The position numbers and the translations under genes are program-made. This document shows, piece after piece, positions 24,616-38,075 of a stretch of DNA of 64,000 nucleotides. The stretch comes from Hydrolagus affinis (lineage: Eukaryota): positions 1-64,000 of the forward strand of contig JAAILG010000043.1 of the NCBI GenBank assembly GCA_012026655.1, written 5' to 3'. The notes under the pieces are model-generated. The model saw only the letters and a list, made by a program, of their open reading frames with translations, was not told where the DNA came from and did not search any database. Position 1 is the first letter of the stretch. Each line of letters opens with the position of its first letter.

Positions 24616-27503
24616 ATGTTACTGTCTGTGTGTGTACGGATAAGTAAGGGCATACTTGTAACACAGATTTTTTGTGTGCAAGGTACACAATACCAAACAG
24701 CAGAATAGATTGTGAAACTCACACTGACTTGATTTCTTCTTGTAAATAATCCATTCCAGTTACTCGCTCTGAAAATAATCTTATTTAAACTTTCCTGGCC
24801 ACAGTTTGTTCAATGTAGAGATTCGGAAAAAACTTTATTGAGCAAGACTAAATCCACAGTAATGTTATCATTTCCTCTAATCCAATATTGTACCACTGCC
24901 TGAGATTGTGGGAATTTACCCGAAGTGAATCGCAGTGAATTGGACTATATATTGATTGTGGTTTTTGGTCATACTCTTTTTTTTCCTATCTCTTAGAACC
25001 AAAATATACATATGACTTCCCTTTGTTTAATATGCATTATTCACTCTCTCCTCGGAGGGATACATGCTTGCTTGACTAAGATCAGAGAATTGAGGTGCAG
25101 ATTGGTATGACCCAAGGCTTGAGGACCCCAGAGTGTATTTGGGTATGGATAACCTGGATGTTGGCAGCACTGATATACGATTGTAGCAACATATCCATGC
25201 AACTGCACCTACAAGCATAAAGTCCACCTTGTAGTATACCTTGTACTGAGGTTTACTGTTTAGGGTTTACTATCTTCATTGCAAAATGGCCAAAGTAAAG
25301 ATGTATAATTTTTTTTTAAATTCAAAATAATGCATAAGTAGGCCAAAACTCAATATGGTTTGCATACAATTGTACCAACAAACCACCAGACTCTGGCTTT
25401 TGGCTAGCTCTAGTCATTTTACATTTAGAAGAAAGACAACATTCTCAAAGATGTGATGAGGCACTATATTAAATACAAGGATTATTATGATTATCATTCT
25501 AGTACCCTAAAGGTTTGATTACTTGGGGTTGGGAGATGCATAATGTTCCAGAGTTTCAGGAGGAATTGAAAGTATGAAGCTTACCACCAGATGGTGCAAG
25601 TAAATCTGCACCAATGCATACGGTAATTGTCAGTGTTGCTTGTCTTTTTCTCCCAAAATTGGAGTGAAATAACTTCCCATGGACAGTGACAAGCAATGAG
25701 TATGAACTTTGTCTTGGCAAGAAAATGTTTTCAGAGACAAGAAGGCAAATAGTTGGTTGGGGGAGGGAAGTCAACCCAGCATCTCGCATGAATTGCTGAG
25801 GGGGTGCACATAGAGTGTCCTCCGATGGAGTTCAGCAGATAATGGATTAGTCCGTAAGGAATCTACAGTCATTCTACTTTACAGTAAATACTGTGAAGTG
25901 CTTTGAGACGTCCTCTTGACGTGAAAGCACTATCAAATGCAAGGATCATGATATGCTGTCTCATATGAATACCTAGAACAGCTTTGATAGCCACCACAAT
26001 CACAATTCAATACATTAAATGTCACGCATTCATACCATTATCCAGGGATTCAATCTTTAGTGCAGAATGCCGCCAAACACCCCTCCCCCCAAAAAAAAAT
26101 CTCAATTTAAAAATGAGGATGGAAATATTTGCTCTTTGGTCTATCCCTAAATCACCCCATAATGTTAAGAATTGCAATTCCTACTGAGGCACAGGATCAC
26201 AATTGTTAAACATTTTCAAATTTGTATTGCAGATATGTGACACTTGCTATCGGATGGATCCTTCCATTAATTATAACTCAACAGCTATCTTTAAAAACTA
26301 AAGAAATTTGTGTTCGGGGCTGTATAGTTTTATGTATTAAGTTTGCTAACTAGACAATATTTTAAAAATTTACTTTACTCATCCAAAAACAAGCAGGAAG
26401 TTATTTTAGCCACTTTCAGCACAAACAAATAAAAGCCTTAAATCTGCATTAGACTGTGGATATTTTTGTAAAGGTTTTGTCAATGGCTGTGTCACCTGCT
26501 CGGGAAGTGAATAAATTGTAAATGCAGGGATGCAATTGTAGTAAATGGTCCATGCTCTAATGAAATGCTGTTCCTCAGAAAGTAATATTGTTCAGGTGCA
26601 TTGATTGTGAGATATGAGCTTAAGCAAAATATCCTTTTTCTACTTTATTGATTACATTCTTTGCCTTTTGACAGAGGTTAATTCAGATCAGAATGAGGAA
26701 TGCTATCGTAGTGGCCTAGGTTAAACTTTCTGATCCCAATGTTATTAAAGTAAATGCCTGTTTGACTGATTTGGATCTTTCAAATGAATTGACATTTCAC
26801 AGTGCTTAGATGTGCATTGAAGCGCTCTACAAAATTACTTTTTTTTTAAAGCACCAAGTTAGCATTTTTCAAATGATGAGTTCCATAAGAGTCACTAATT
26901 TCGCAGACCTGAGGCTAACACGAAAATATTGAGTTGTCAGGGTTTGAGTACATATGAACTGTGTAAAATGATGTTGATAAGTGATAGAATGTAAATGAAG
27001 TATCTTTCAATTACGACTTTCTTTCTCTCCCATTAGTTCAGACTAAATTAGAACAGATTGTATCTAAACATTTCATCTCCACCCACACTTTCAGGAATCA
27101 GTGAAAAATGTCAAGCTGTGCTGCCACACAAAAATACAACAAAAGTAAACCAAGATCAGGAAATTCAATTTGGGGGATTTTGAAGAGTTCCTGAAACTCA
27201 TTAATCTGGATGACTGGAAACTCTAGTAAAGAATCCTGCATTGATAGCCTGCTGGCATAATGCATAAATGACTACACCAAAGAGGGAAACTGATGGCTTA
27301 AGTATTCACACTTTTTTAATAACTATTATGTATTTTTAATATTAACAAGGAGTGTTCGCTCACTTCATCATTTGTGTGACATTACCATGTTAATTTAGTA
27401 ATGCGCCAGCCACCACACTCATTCCAACATGCAATTCTACCTGTGTATTCACTATAGGCAATATTGGTTAGCTGTGTTACACAGTGTGCGCAATTGTATC
27501 ACG

Positions 27504-28265
27504 TCAACGTCTCCATTCGCATGGCTCTCACCTCCACCTTCCCAGTCTGCCCCTAAAACTCTCCGAACCTGTGCACAACCTAGGCGTCAGATTCGACTCC
27601 TTCCTCCCTCACATCCGATCCCTCACCAGCATCGCCTTCTTCCACCTCAGACGGATTGCCCATCTCTGGCAATACCTCACCCCAAAAGCCGCTGAAACCC
27701 TGGTCCACTCCTTTGTCACATCTAGGGTGGACTATACCAATGCCCTCCTCGCCAGTCTCCCCTCCTCCATAATCGATAGAGTCCAGCTGAATCAGAACTC
27801 TGCCGCTCATGTTCTCACCAAACTTCGCTCCCCCATTACCCCAGTCCTTGCCAGATTTCACTGGCTCCCTATCCCAGAGAGGATGCTCACCCTTGTCTTC
27901 AAATCCCTCCACTCCTCTGCACCCCCCCCTACCTCTCTGACCTAATCTCTCCTCAAACCAGCACCCGTTGCCTTCGCTCCACTGGGTCTGCCCTCCTCCA
28001 TGTTCCCCGAATCCTCCACTCCACCCTCGGTGGCCATACCTTCAACCGCTATGCCCCGAGGATCTGGAATTCCCTTCCTCACTCCCTTCTCCTCGACCCC
28101 TCTTTTCTCAGCTTCAGGTCCCAACTGAAGACCTTTCTCTTCGACCGCGCCTTTGGTCACCTTTCTTCCCCTGCCCCTGGCTCAATCCCGGGATCCGCTA
28201 TTGTGAAGCGCTCTGAGATGCCGTCCGGCGTGGAGGACGCTATATGAACTGAAGTTGTTGTTGTT
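27504..28265 (+). mobile_element. L2-clade LINE 3' fragment
   Basis: NLGVRFD...AFFHLRRIA...LVHSFVTSRVDYTNALL...PITPVLARFHWLP; tail ends (GTT)n. Confidence 0.92.
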
Positions 28266-30380
28266 CAAGAGCTGGTGAAATGGGACCATAACTTTATTTT
28301 GTAACTTATCTATCAGACAGCTTTTGCTGGAACGAACATCAATTATTTAGCTCTTATTTGTCAGCATTGATTTTGAGACCGCCCTTGGGTCTGACATATT
28401 CATGTATTTTCACGGATTCTAGAGGGAGTGAGAGATCGCCACATTAGAGGACACTGGGTGAGCTCAATAATGACTTGATAAACTATAGCTTCCAGGAGTA
28501 ACCATTGAGTGAAATCAGGAGATGAAAACGATGATATATTTGGTGGCCATGTCACATGCAAAGTGTTGGTCTGTTTATGACTCTTTTGGATTCTACTCTA
28601 GCAACGGTTGATGCCAGGGAGGAGTGGCAGCAGCTACTTTCTGATAGACAGTCTCTGCTCGTCCTCAATGGAAGACAGCGTCATCAGAGGTTTCAGTCAC
28701 CAGCGTGTAACCAGGCACACTGGATCTTTTACAAATAAATTGATCACTGGGTGAATCGCCTTTGACTGATGAGGTGTGCCGTACACTGCCAAAGCTAAGA
28801 AATTGCCGTTTCCGTTGTTTTGTGTACCGATCCAGAAGAACAGATTCCATCTGCCTAGAACTCTGGTTGTTGTCGCTTTTCCTCTTCACTCAGCACCAGC
28901 GTATCATCCACATTAGCTGCAACTCACATGACTGCTTTAATTTCCTATCTAGCTTACACCCACAAAATCTAAAGGCAATTCACTTTACAGTATATTCTTT
29001 GTAGCTCTTTGAGTTGTCTTGAAGACGTGACCTATATCAAATGGAAGGATTATTATTGTTACATCCATCGAAGGAACAAACTAAACAGCATTGCACTGAA
29101 TACCGTTACTCTTGACATTATTTTTGTGCTTTGAAATGCAGTATCAAGCCTCTCCAGCCTTCAAAATACTGAAGTCTAGAAGCTCAATAATTCTGTCATT
29201 CAGCTTAGTTCCATGTTGCACATGAGAGGTGGAATATGGTGACATAATGTGCATTGGGCTAATATAGACTCTTTAGTATGCATGGCATTTTCTCTCACAA
29301 TTAGGAAACCAAATTGCTGAGAAAGCAACAACATGTAGCTGTCGGGGAGCATATGTGATACTGTTAACGGCCATTCTTAAATAAACCAATTGGATAAACC
29401 AAGCACCATCGCCAGAGCTTTGTGAAATGTTAATAACATAGTGGAGTTTCCCATATAAGCATACCTATAATTATAGTGATGGGCATTTTGCTGGGCATTT
29501 GTCACCTGCTATTCATCTAATTTCAGACAAAAGTGCCTCTTGCCTCCTGCTTAGTTCTCAGACATTTGGACATGATATAATAAGCAGAACTCTCTCTTAC
29601 CTGCAAGTTTCTAATGATATATAAAAGTGGGATTGTATCATATAGTTTCACAACATTTGTGTGTACGTGTGTGCGTGAGTATCCACAAGTATTCATAGGC
29701 GTGCTACACTTTCTTGGAAAAAATCCCACCCAGCTTTGTGGTTTAAAACGTCAAGCTCCAGTACTTCTTTGTTACCAGTAACATAAATGCTGCTGTTAAT
29801 ATTTTACAATATTTGGTTGAAGTTTAGATTTTGAATTTCGATGATAAACTATCGGAAGGAAGTTTATTTTTGGGTGAAACTTTTATTGTGAGAAACTATT
29901 TCTGATAGACTTAAATTGCCTGCAATTCCCAGTCTGTGTACCTCATTGTTTGTGTTGCTGGGGGAATTCCGCATGTTAAATAAGGAAACTGAGGATTTAT
30001 TCAAGCAAATGTCAATTATTTGCTTCCATTAATTTGTTCCTCTTTCAGTTTTACTAAGCCCTCTCTCATAGCAGAAGTACCAAGGAATGGACATAGTCAT
30101 AATAACAAGGAAGGCTTCTTGATTAACCAAATATAAAATATTGTACCGCAGTAAACAGCAATAACAACAAAATTACATTTCTATAGCGCCTTTCACGTCA
30201 GGAGGACCTCCCAAGGCGCTGGACATATTTGTTTGTGGAAAGAATGCCTGAAACCTATTGATGAAATGAGAGAAATTTAAATTGATCTGTTTCACTTTAA
30301 CTTTGTGTTATTTTTGCTCAGCGGTGATGTTAGTTTCACATTTATTTAGGGGAATGTAAGTGAAGAACTTTGTAAATATT

Positions 30381-30679
30381 GATCCTTGCATTTATACAGT
30401 GCTTTTCAAGTCTTCTAGACGTCTCAAAGCGCTTCACAGAATATACTGTAAAGTGAATTGACTGTATATAAGTGGGTGAAACACGGCAGCCAATTGCACA
30501 CAGCAATCTCACAAACAGTCGTGGATTGAAATGACCAATTTAGTATTGTTTTCTTTTGAGGGATTACTATTAGGCATATGGAGTTAGGAAACTTGCCCAA
30601 GGTTTCGCCCTGCCTGAAATCAAATCCAGGTTTCTCGCTTGTAAGGCGAGTGCTCTAACCACTGAGCTACAGGGTTCCA
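30381..30679 (-). mobile_element. Full-length dominant SINE (young copy)
   Basis: Head with intact CTCGC-CTTACAA-GCGAG anticodon arm. Confidence 0.9.
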
Positions 30680-31064
30680 TCCATGAATCCTTTCTGAATA
30701 AAAACAGCACCGCGGTAACTAAGGAGCATTTTAAAGGTTTAGTGCATAATTTCCAATCCAGAAAAGTGCGACCGATGCCTCACGAAAATAGGATATCAAC
30801 TACATTGACATTTGGAATGACCAGCACAGATCTGTCATTTCAGTTTTAGGTAGTCTTGCACCGAGTTAAGCAAAAATGTATAGAAGGCACATGGCAGCCA
30901 TTCAACCTTTATCCGAATACTGTACTACAATAATCCCTTACTAGAGCTCTCCAGTTCCACTTCCTTCCTCTTTTCTCATATCGGAAATTTTGATCTGAGT
31001 TGGAAAATATATGGTAATAGATTAGACGAAAATAACCCAATCAAACGGCACTAAAAGTTCATTT

Positions 31065-31227
31065 AAATCCGTGACTGTTTGTGGGACACTGTTGTGCGCA
31101 ATTGGCTGCCGCATTTCACCCACAAATATACAGTCAATTCATGTTACAGTATATTCTGTGAAGCGCTTTGAGACGTCTAGAAGATGTGAAAAGCGCTGTA
31201 TCAAATGCAAGGATTATTCTTATTATT
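31065..31227 (+). mobile_element. 5'-truncated dominant SINE
   Basis: GACTGTTTGTGGGACACTG...GCAAGGATTATT. Confidence 0.85.
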
Positions 31228-31239
31228 AATAAGGCAAAA

Positions 31240-31375
31240 TAATGCAATAATGCAGATTTTGGAAATCTGAAACCAAAACAGAAGTCACTGGGAACACTCA
31301 GCAGGTCAGGCAGCATCCATGGAAAAAGGAAAAGTGAGTTAACGTTTCGGGTCCACGACCCTTCGTCAGAACTGA
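31240..31375 (-). mobile_element. Penelope-like pLTR
   Basis: Same repeat is attached to a GIY-YIG C-terminal fragment at 45549-45979. Confidence 0.8.
31337..31373 (-). ncRNA. Minimal type-I hammerhead ribozyme motif
   Basis: Minus strand AGUU-CUGACGA-A-GGGUC-gug-GACCC-GAAAC-GU-U-AACU: both core boxes, 5-bp stem II, 4-bp stem I, loopless palindromic stem III. Confidence 0.75.
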
Positions 31376-32327
31376 GATTTGCTAAATCAATTGCAAGGAT
31401 TATCATTATTAGAGCACTTTTGAAATTTACTTTTTTCCACTCTTTCTTGACTCCACACAGCCTGCTTCAGCAGGACAGGGATTTCTTGTCGAAGGCTCAT
31501 CAGCTACTTTAATGGCAAGTATCATTGGCAAGAACCATCGGCTGAAATTAGATGTACGAACAAGAACTACTGCATGTGTGTTTTGTTTAAAAATAAGCAA
31601 AGTAATTGACTCTCTTTAGATGGCAGCACAATAGACAGCGCATCTGTATTTACTGCCACTCACAAGTCATTCTTGTTGGTGGACATATGCTTGTAAAAAG
31701 AAAACAATGGACAATGTCACTTGTTTGCTCTCTCTCTTCCCCCCAATGGAATGTTCAAGAATGTATCCCATAACACTCCACTGATCAGTGAGGCCCGATA
31801 CTGACAAAATGTGTTCAAGTGACAGGGGAGCCTTAGGATATAAACCGACGCCATTTAAGGGCTGAAATCTGCCTTGAGTACTCGGGACAGATGAGCATTA
31901 TCAAATCCATCACACTGTTATTAAAGTGCCAGTTTTTCAAATTAAAGCATCAATTTACGTTTGCAGAATCTATATTTTGTGTTGGACGAACATAGCAATG
32001 GAGCATGACTGAATGAACCCGACCAACTGGAATTCCCTCCTGCTGAGTCTTTTTTTTAAGAGAATAAAATCTTTGAATGAAAAGCTGCAGCCTCACCTAG
32101 TCACTGAGAATTTCAGCCCTCGACTTCCTGCTCTTAGTGCAACTTAGTCTGATGTGTTTAGAAATTCAGGTTACAAGTGGAGTAATTTGTCGGATCAAAA
32201 TGTTTCCTGGAGAAGAAAAGTAATCAATAAAAATTATAACAACTTCTTGTATATCAACAAAGGCTAGCTACTATGTTAATCGTCTAAAAATACAATTGTT
32301 ACTTGGAGTGCAAACAATAAGAAGGTG

Positions 32328-32940
32328 ATAATAATAATAAGCCTTGCATTTCATATAAAGCTTTATTGCTTTGTTGCGATGTCTCAAAACACTTCACAGA
32401 ATATACTGCAAAGTGGATCGACAATTATGTGACCGATTGCATCAAAGCAGAGTTCCTATAGCTCAGTGGTTAGAGCACTTGCCTTATAAGTGTGAGACCT
32501 GTGTTCGAATCCAGGCAGATCAGGGCGAAACCTTGGGCAAGTTTCCTTACTCCACACGCCTAATAATAATCCCTCCAAAAAAAACACACGATAATAAATT
32601 GGTCATTTCAATCCACGACTGTTTGTGAGACACTGCTGTGCGCAATTGGCTGCCACATTTTGCCTACAAATATACAGTCAATTCATTTTACAGTATATTC
32701 TGTGAAGCGCTTTGAGACATCGATAAGATGTGAAAAGCGCTATATCAAATGCAAAGATTATTATATATTTTAAAGCTCAACGTGGTTGCGTGATTAAAAA
32801 CGGCTTGATTCTGAGATGGGATGTCAGTAGGGTGAGTAATATAACAATAATAATCCTTGCATTTGATATGGCACCTTATCACATTTTCAAGCTATCTCAA
32901 AGTGCTTCACAGAATATGCTACAAAGTGAATTGACTATAC
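32328..32940. mobile_element. SINE cluster: minus tail 32328-32420, full plus copy 32449-32764, minus tail 32843-32940
   Basis: Three matches to the dominant SINE in alternating orientation. Confidence 0.85.
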
Positions 32941-35900
32941 ATGTACTGCATATTTTCTGGAGGGATGAGATCAAATGGAGGTGGGGGGGAGGGGGAAAGC
33001 CTGCTTAGTTTGAAACATATCTTGTGAACAGAATGTAAACATATGCCATCATTTACAGTAAAACTAATTTTATTTATATATGTTCATTTGCAAACATTGA
33101 AAAGGTAATTTAGAAGAGACAGTATGATGTTGAAGGTTGCTGTTTAGATGCTACCCCCTGATGCTTTGAGATATCCCAGCCACCCTCCTCTGTTTTCAAC
33201 TCACACATTCAGACTGAAACAGATGGTCTAGGCTAGGCAAAGCTGGAGCTTTTCATTCAAAAATCGTACTCTCTTAAAGCAAGTAGAAAGCTGCACTTGA
33301 AAAATGATCATGGTTATCATCACTGATGGGAGCATGGGACTAAATGATGAGAATAAATAGATAGCTCTTTCAGCGAGCTAGCACATGCACAATGGGCTGA
33401 ATGGCCTGCTTCTGTGCTGTATGTTTCTGCTGTTGTATGATGTGATCGGGTGATTCGCTGATACATATTTACATCTAAAGTCAGGAAGATAGCTGCCAAT
33501 CTATAACGCTTGTAAATTTGGGAAATTTGTTGGTGGCACCGTGGATTGAAATAAATTGCCAATGAGCGAGATGGAGTCTGCCACTGGGATCAATAGAGGA
33601 GCTATATAAATCGAAGTTGTTGTTGTTGACAGCCCACAATAATAACAATCATAATATAGGAATGCCACAGTGAGCATTTCATTTTGCACAAACATATTAA
33701 CACATTGAAAAGACCCCTTCTGTATTCAGCTGCTTTACACCAACTTCATCCATTGTGACCTTTCAAGTAACATCAACACGTTTTATTGAAACCTTTTCAT
33801 TGTTAGGCTTTAGGCTCCTTAGTGTCCACCTAACGTTTTAACGGTGTTTTTTTTAGAAAAAGTTCAAATACATCTTAAATTATTGCAGGACAAAGGTGCT
33901 GTTGCAGTATCGTATTATTTAGTTTTAGTTGTACTTTACCCCAGTTAAACTTGTGAAGTTATTCAGGTGATCATCCTGAAAGTAAAATTGTCTATGTTGT
34001 ATTTTGCAGCAAAGGACTTATGTTAATAAACGTCTAAGCTGTGTTTAATAATAGCTAAAGCCAAATTTTCCAGGTGATTTCCACAATCATTGTGCCCCAT
34101 TCAGAAAAGAACGGTGAGATTACTTGACGGAGTGAGGAGGCAGTCTCACAATGATTCAGCTCTCAGTTGTGGTCGAACTAACAGCTGGTTCAAAGGCAAC
34201 TTTCAAACTCAAATAAGTTATCTTTTGTGTTCTGGGCAGTTTATAATAATCCTTACATTTGATACAGTATCTTTCTTGTTGGGAGGATATCTCTAAGCAC
34301 TTCACATGATACTCTACAGTCAAATGACTATTTTAGGCAAGCTTAATTGGACCATACTTAAAAATGTTAATGTTACAGCAACTGATCATTTATATAGAAT
34401 TCTAATCACCAGAGAATATTGTTTATCTTACCCCAACAATCGGATTGCTAAATTGGTTTGCAAATATTCGATGCCATGTACCACCCCTTACCCTTGAATT
34501 GAAATAAACCCACCTTTGTCATTATTAAAGTTGTCAACATTGAAATTCCTGTCAGTAAAACAGGCCAAAATCCAGAATTATTTGTAACAAATACAGGTAG
34601 CTTTTCCCTGGTATATTAGACATGCCATTGACTTTAAAGATGGTAAAATAGCAGCAATGTACCAGAGCATATCAAATATTCTCCTGGCGAAGTAGGCATC
34701 ATTAATCACAAGCACATCAGAGCTACGACTGACAAATAATACTTCTGTTATAAGTAACTCAGTGAAAGACTAAACGGATTAATGGACAATGACTCTCTGT
34801 GCTTCTGTCAATTTTAGCACCAGGACTCCACTATCGCATTACTATTCTTCTTTACTCTTTATTTGATATCATGCCCAAAGAAGTGAATCATGGTGAAGGC
34901 TGCCAAAATACCTGCTTTTAGGTTCACAGCATTTCCCATTTATATTTACTTCCCACCGATTGTTCCTCCTTACATTCAGTTCAACCTGATCCTTCAGCTA
35001 AATGAGAACGCTCTGCACTATGTCCTTCTCCCTGCCTGGTATCAATGCCACTCCCAAGATCAGACAGCTGCAGGGCCAATTATAGGGAATGAAGCAAGGT
35101 GGGTTCTTCTCAGTTTTCATTTCCCAGAGAAGCCTGGTCACCATGCTCGATCTTATGGCCTGGTTGAGAATTGATGCACCGCATCCAACCTAAGGAACAC
35201 AAACCTTCTTCAATCCCAGCAATAAGTCCAATCATAAGCATTCAATATGGGTTTTGTAATGAGTTAAAACAAATGGAGATCTACAGACAATTCAGATTGA
35301 ACTTGCTTATGTGCTGATTCATTTATAAAAACGTTACCTCTTGAAGATGAAGGGAAGACATTAGTGCAATGGGAATGTCTTGTGCACATGACAGCTAAGC
35401 ATCCACCTGAAGCCTAAGTTAGGTACAGGTTTGGTAAGTCTAAAGGCCGGGGAGGTTTGGAGATCCTCTCTAAAAAGTCAATTGGATTACTCTCTTCGCT
35501 TTGATGATACAATGAAATTCTTTTATATGCAATAGATGTAAAAATAGACAAATTGATGCTAATTACAGCTGCATCAAGTAAGACTGAGTCATTTATGTAA
35601 GAAGCAATATGGTAACTTGGCAACTACCTGCAGATTTTAAGGAAGTAAGATCTTTCAATGTTATGGTATTTTGTTGAAGGAATTCACAAGTAATTTTATG
35701 GCCTATAGTGGCTGTTTATCACTAACGAATTTAACCTTAACCAATGCCTTCCCAGTCTGTCACTAACTTCTTAAATTATGACTTACACTCCACACTGTAA
35801 ATCTGAAGTCTGTCTTTATAGACTATAGGATATGCCACATTATAGCCCCGTGTGCATGTGAATGACTGAATGACAGTTTATTTCATTTGGCTCTAAATAA

Positions 35901-37756
35901 TCTCCCACAGAGATTCTTGTAGGAAATGCAACACAAAAAGTAGAGAAAGAGACTATAACAGGGGAGCATTAAAACACAGTAATATTTTGCACAAAGCTTA
36001 TTTTTTGTGGAAATAAAAATCCCTAATATTATTTTATTTTTATTTAACTTGACACGAGAATGGTTTCGTAATTTCTCTTGCTTTCGTAAAATCTCTGCAA
36101 TATCTGCTGAAAATGTTGTGACTTAAGAAATATATTGCAATATCTTTAAGTACCGTATAAGTATAGCATAGAAAAGCTTTGGTGACCTCACTGATTAAAA
36201 GAAGTCTAATATTAAAATGTTTTTGTCGAAAGTACATAGAATTGCTAAAAATGCTTTCTCAGTTTATTTAAAGCACAAATTATAAGGACAATCAATATCA
36301 TGCCGTCCGGCGTGGAGGGCACCATATAAATCGAAGTAGTTGTTGTACTAAATGTCGAGGTATGCTGCAATGGTCTCAAAAGTTAACTACTGTATTTGGA
36401 TGAAATGTAAAACTGAGGTCCCATCTGCTTGTTCAGGTGGACAGTAAAGATCCCATGAAAAGAGATGGGATGATCAAAAAAAAGATGATTTTCATCTGAT
36501 GTCACAGCGAACAATTTTCAGGCTATTCACTCCACAGTAGTTTATTGATCATAGACTGGCTCCTGCTTTTGCCTACAACATAACTACTCTAGTTACCTAA
36601 CTACATGTAAGCTTTGAGATACGTTGGACATTGCAGGCATTTTAATAATATTTCTTGCATTTGATATAATGTCTAATGCTGGCAGCTCAGATGCTTCAGG
36701 GATATTACTGAATTTATTAGCTCTACTGTGTTCCACAAAGTCACTATTCAATTCATAATAGTAGTCTATGTGCTTCTTTTGGTGGTAATGAATAGTTAAC
36801 TTTTGAGCTTGGCACGAGGGTAATGCAGGATATCATTCTTTTGGAGGAAATTCAATCCTTTCTGTGTCATATGTTTTCCACAAAACATATTTCAAGTGTA
36901 GTATTTAAATAAAATGATTTACACAGAACAATGGATAATATCAACATTCCTATTTTCCTATCAACATTTAATTTTCCTATCAATTAATTGAATTCAACAG
37001 GTTGTTGCAGCAGTAATGTGAATCTAGTTAACTAGGCTGAAGACTGATAAAATTGGGTGTGTAAAAATTGGGTTAATTGGCTTGGCAGTGCCTTCCGAAG
37101 CCTCAAGCAAGGTTCTTTAGATGTGTCAGTAAGCATGCCACAATGTGACTCTATAAAGCTGTTATATGAGAGATACTGTCATAATATTTCGTGACCTGGG
37201 AAAAGAATGTACAATATGAAAGATCAGAAACCCTCTGGCAAATTCAGAGGATTAAATGAAATCCCTCCAAAATAAGCAGATTTAATGTATTACTGTGGGA
37301 TATGAGTATTATATCAACTCAGAAGACTTAAGTAAACAATGAATTGCAATTGGGTTTTTGGGGGAAGATTCTTGACAAAAGATATTAATCTGATTAAGTC
37401 TCAGCACTTTCTTTGGAATTAGAAATGAATACGAGACTCCTTACTTTCTTAAAACACAGTACAGAATGTAGAGCTTTGTTTGCTTTGAACCTCCATTGCA
37501 GTCTGGCAAAGGGCTTTTTGGCATCTTTGGAGAAAAGTTTGTGCACTTTTAGTGACTGTTGCGGAATTTGTCACACTTGCTGTTCATCGGGTGTCTGGAA
37601 ATCTCAGCTTGGATTGGCTATTCTTAAGTATGGTGATGGTCAGACACGGCTAACGAAAAATAAAATTCTCCACCATTGCAATTAATGCTGATATAGTGCA
37701 GTGCACACATAATGAACAAAGGGTCTCTCAATGAGGTTAAGAAACTCATTATAGAT

Positions 37757-38075
37757 GAATAATAAATAATAATAATCCTTGCATTTGATATAGCGCTTTT
37801 CTTGTCTTCTAGGCGTCTCAAAGCGCTTTACAGAACATACTGTAAATTGAATTGATTGTATATTTGTGGGCGAAACTCGGCAGCCAATTGCGCACAACAG
37901 TGAGCCACAAACAGCCATGAATTTAAATGACCAATTTTTCTTTTTTTGAGGGATTATTAGTAGGTGTGTGAAGTAAGGAAGCTTGCCCAAGGTTTCGCCC
38001 TGACCTGCCTGGATTCAAACACAGGTCTCACGCTTATAAGGTGAATGCACTAACCACTGAGCTACAGGACTCCAC
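37757..38075 (-). mobile_element. Full-length dominant SINE
   Basis: Ends GAGCTACAGGACTCCAC on the plus strand; (AAT)n tail at the left end. Confidence 0.9.

Noticed and set aside
28766-28803. CTGATGA followed by a short hairpin, hammerhead-like
   Set aside because: No correctly placed GAAA, stem III or stem I.
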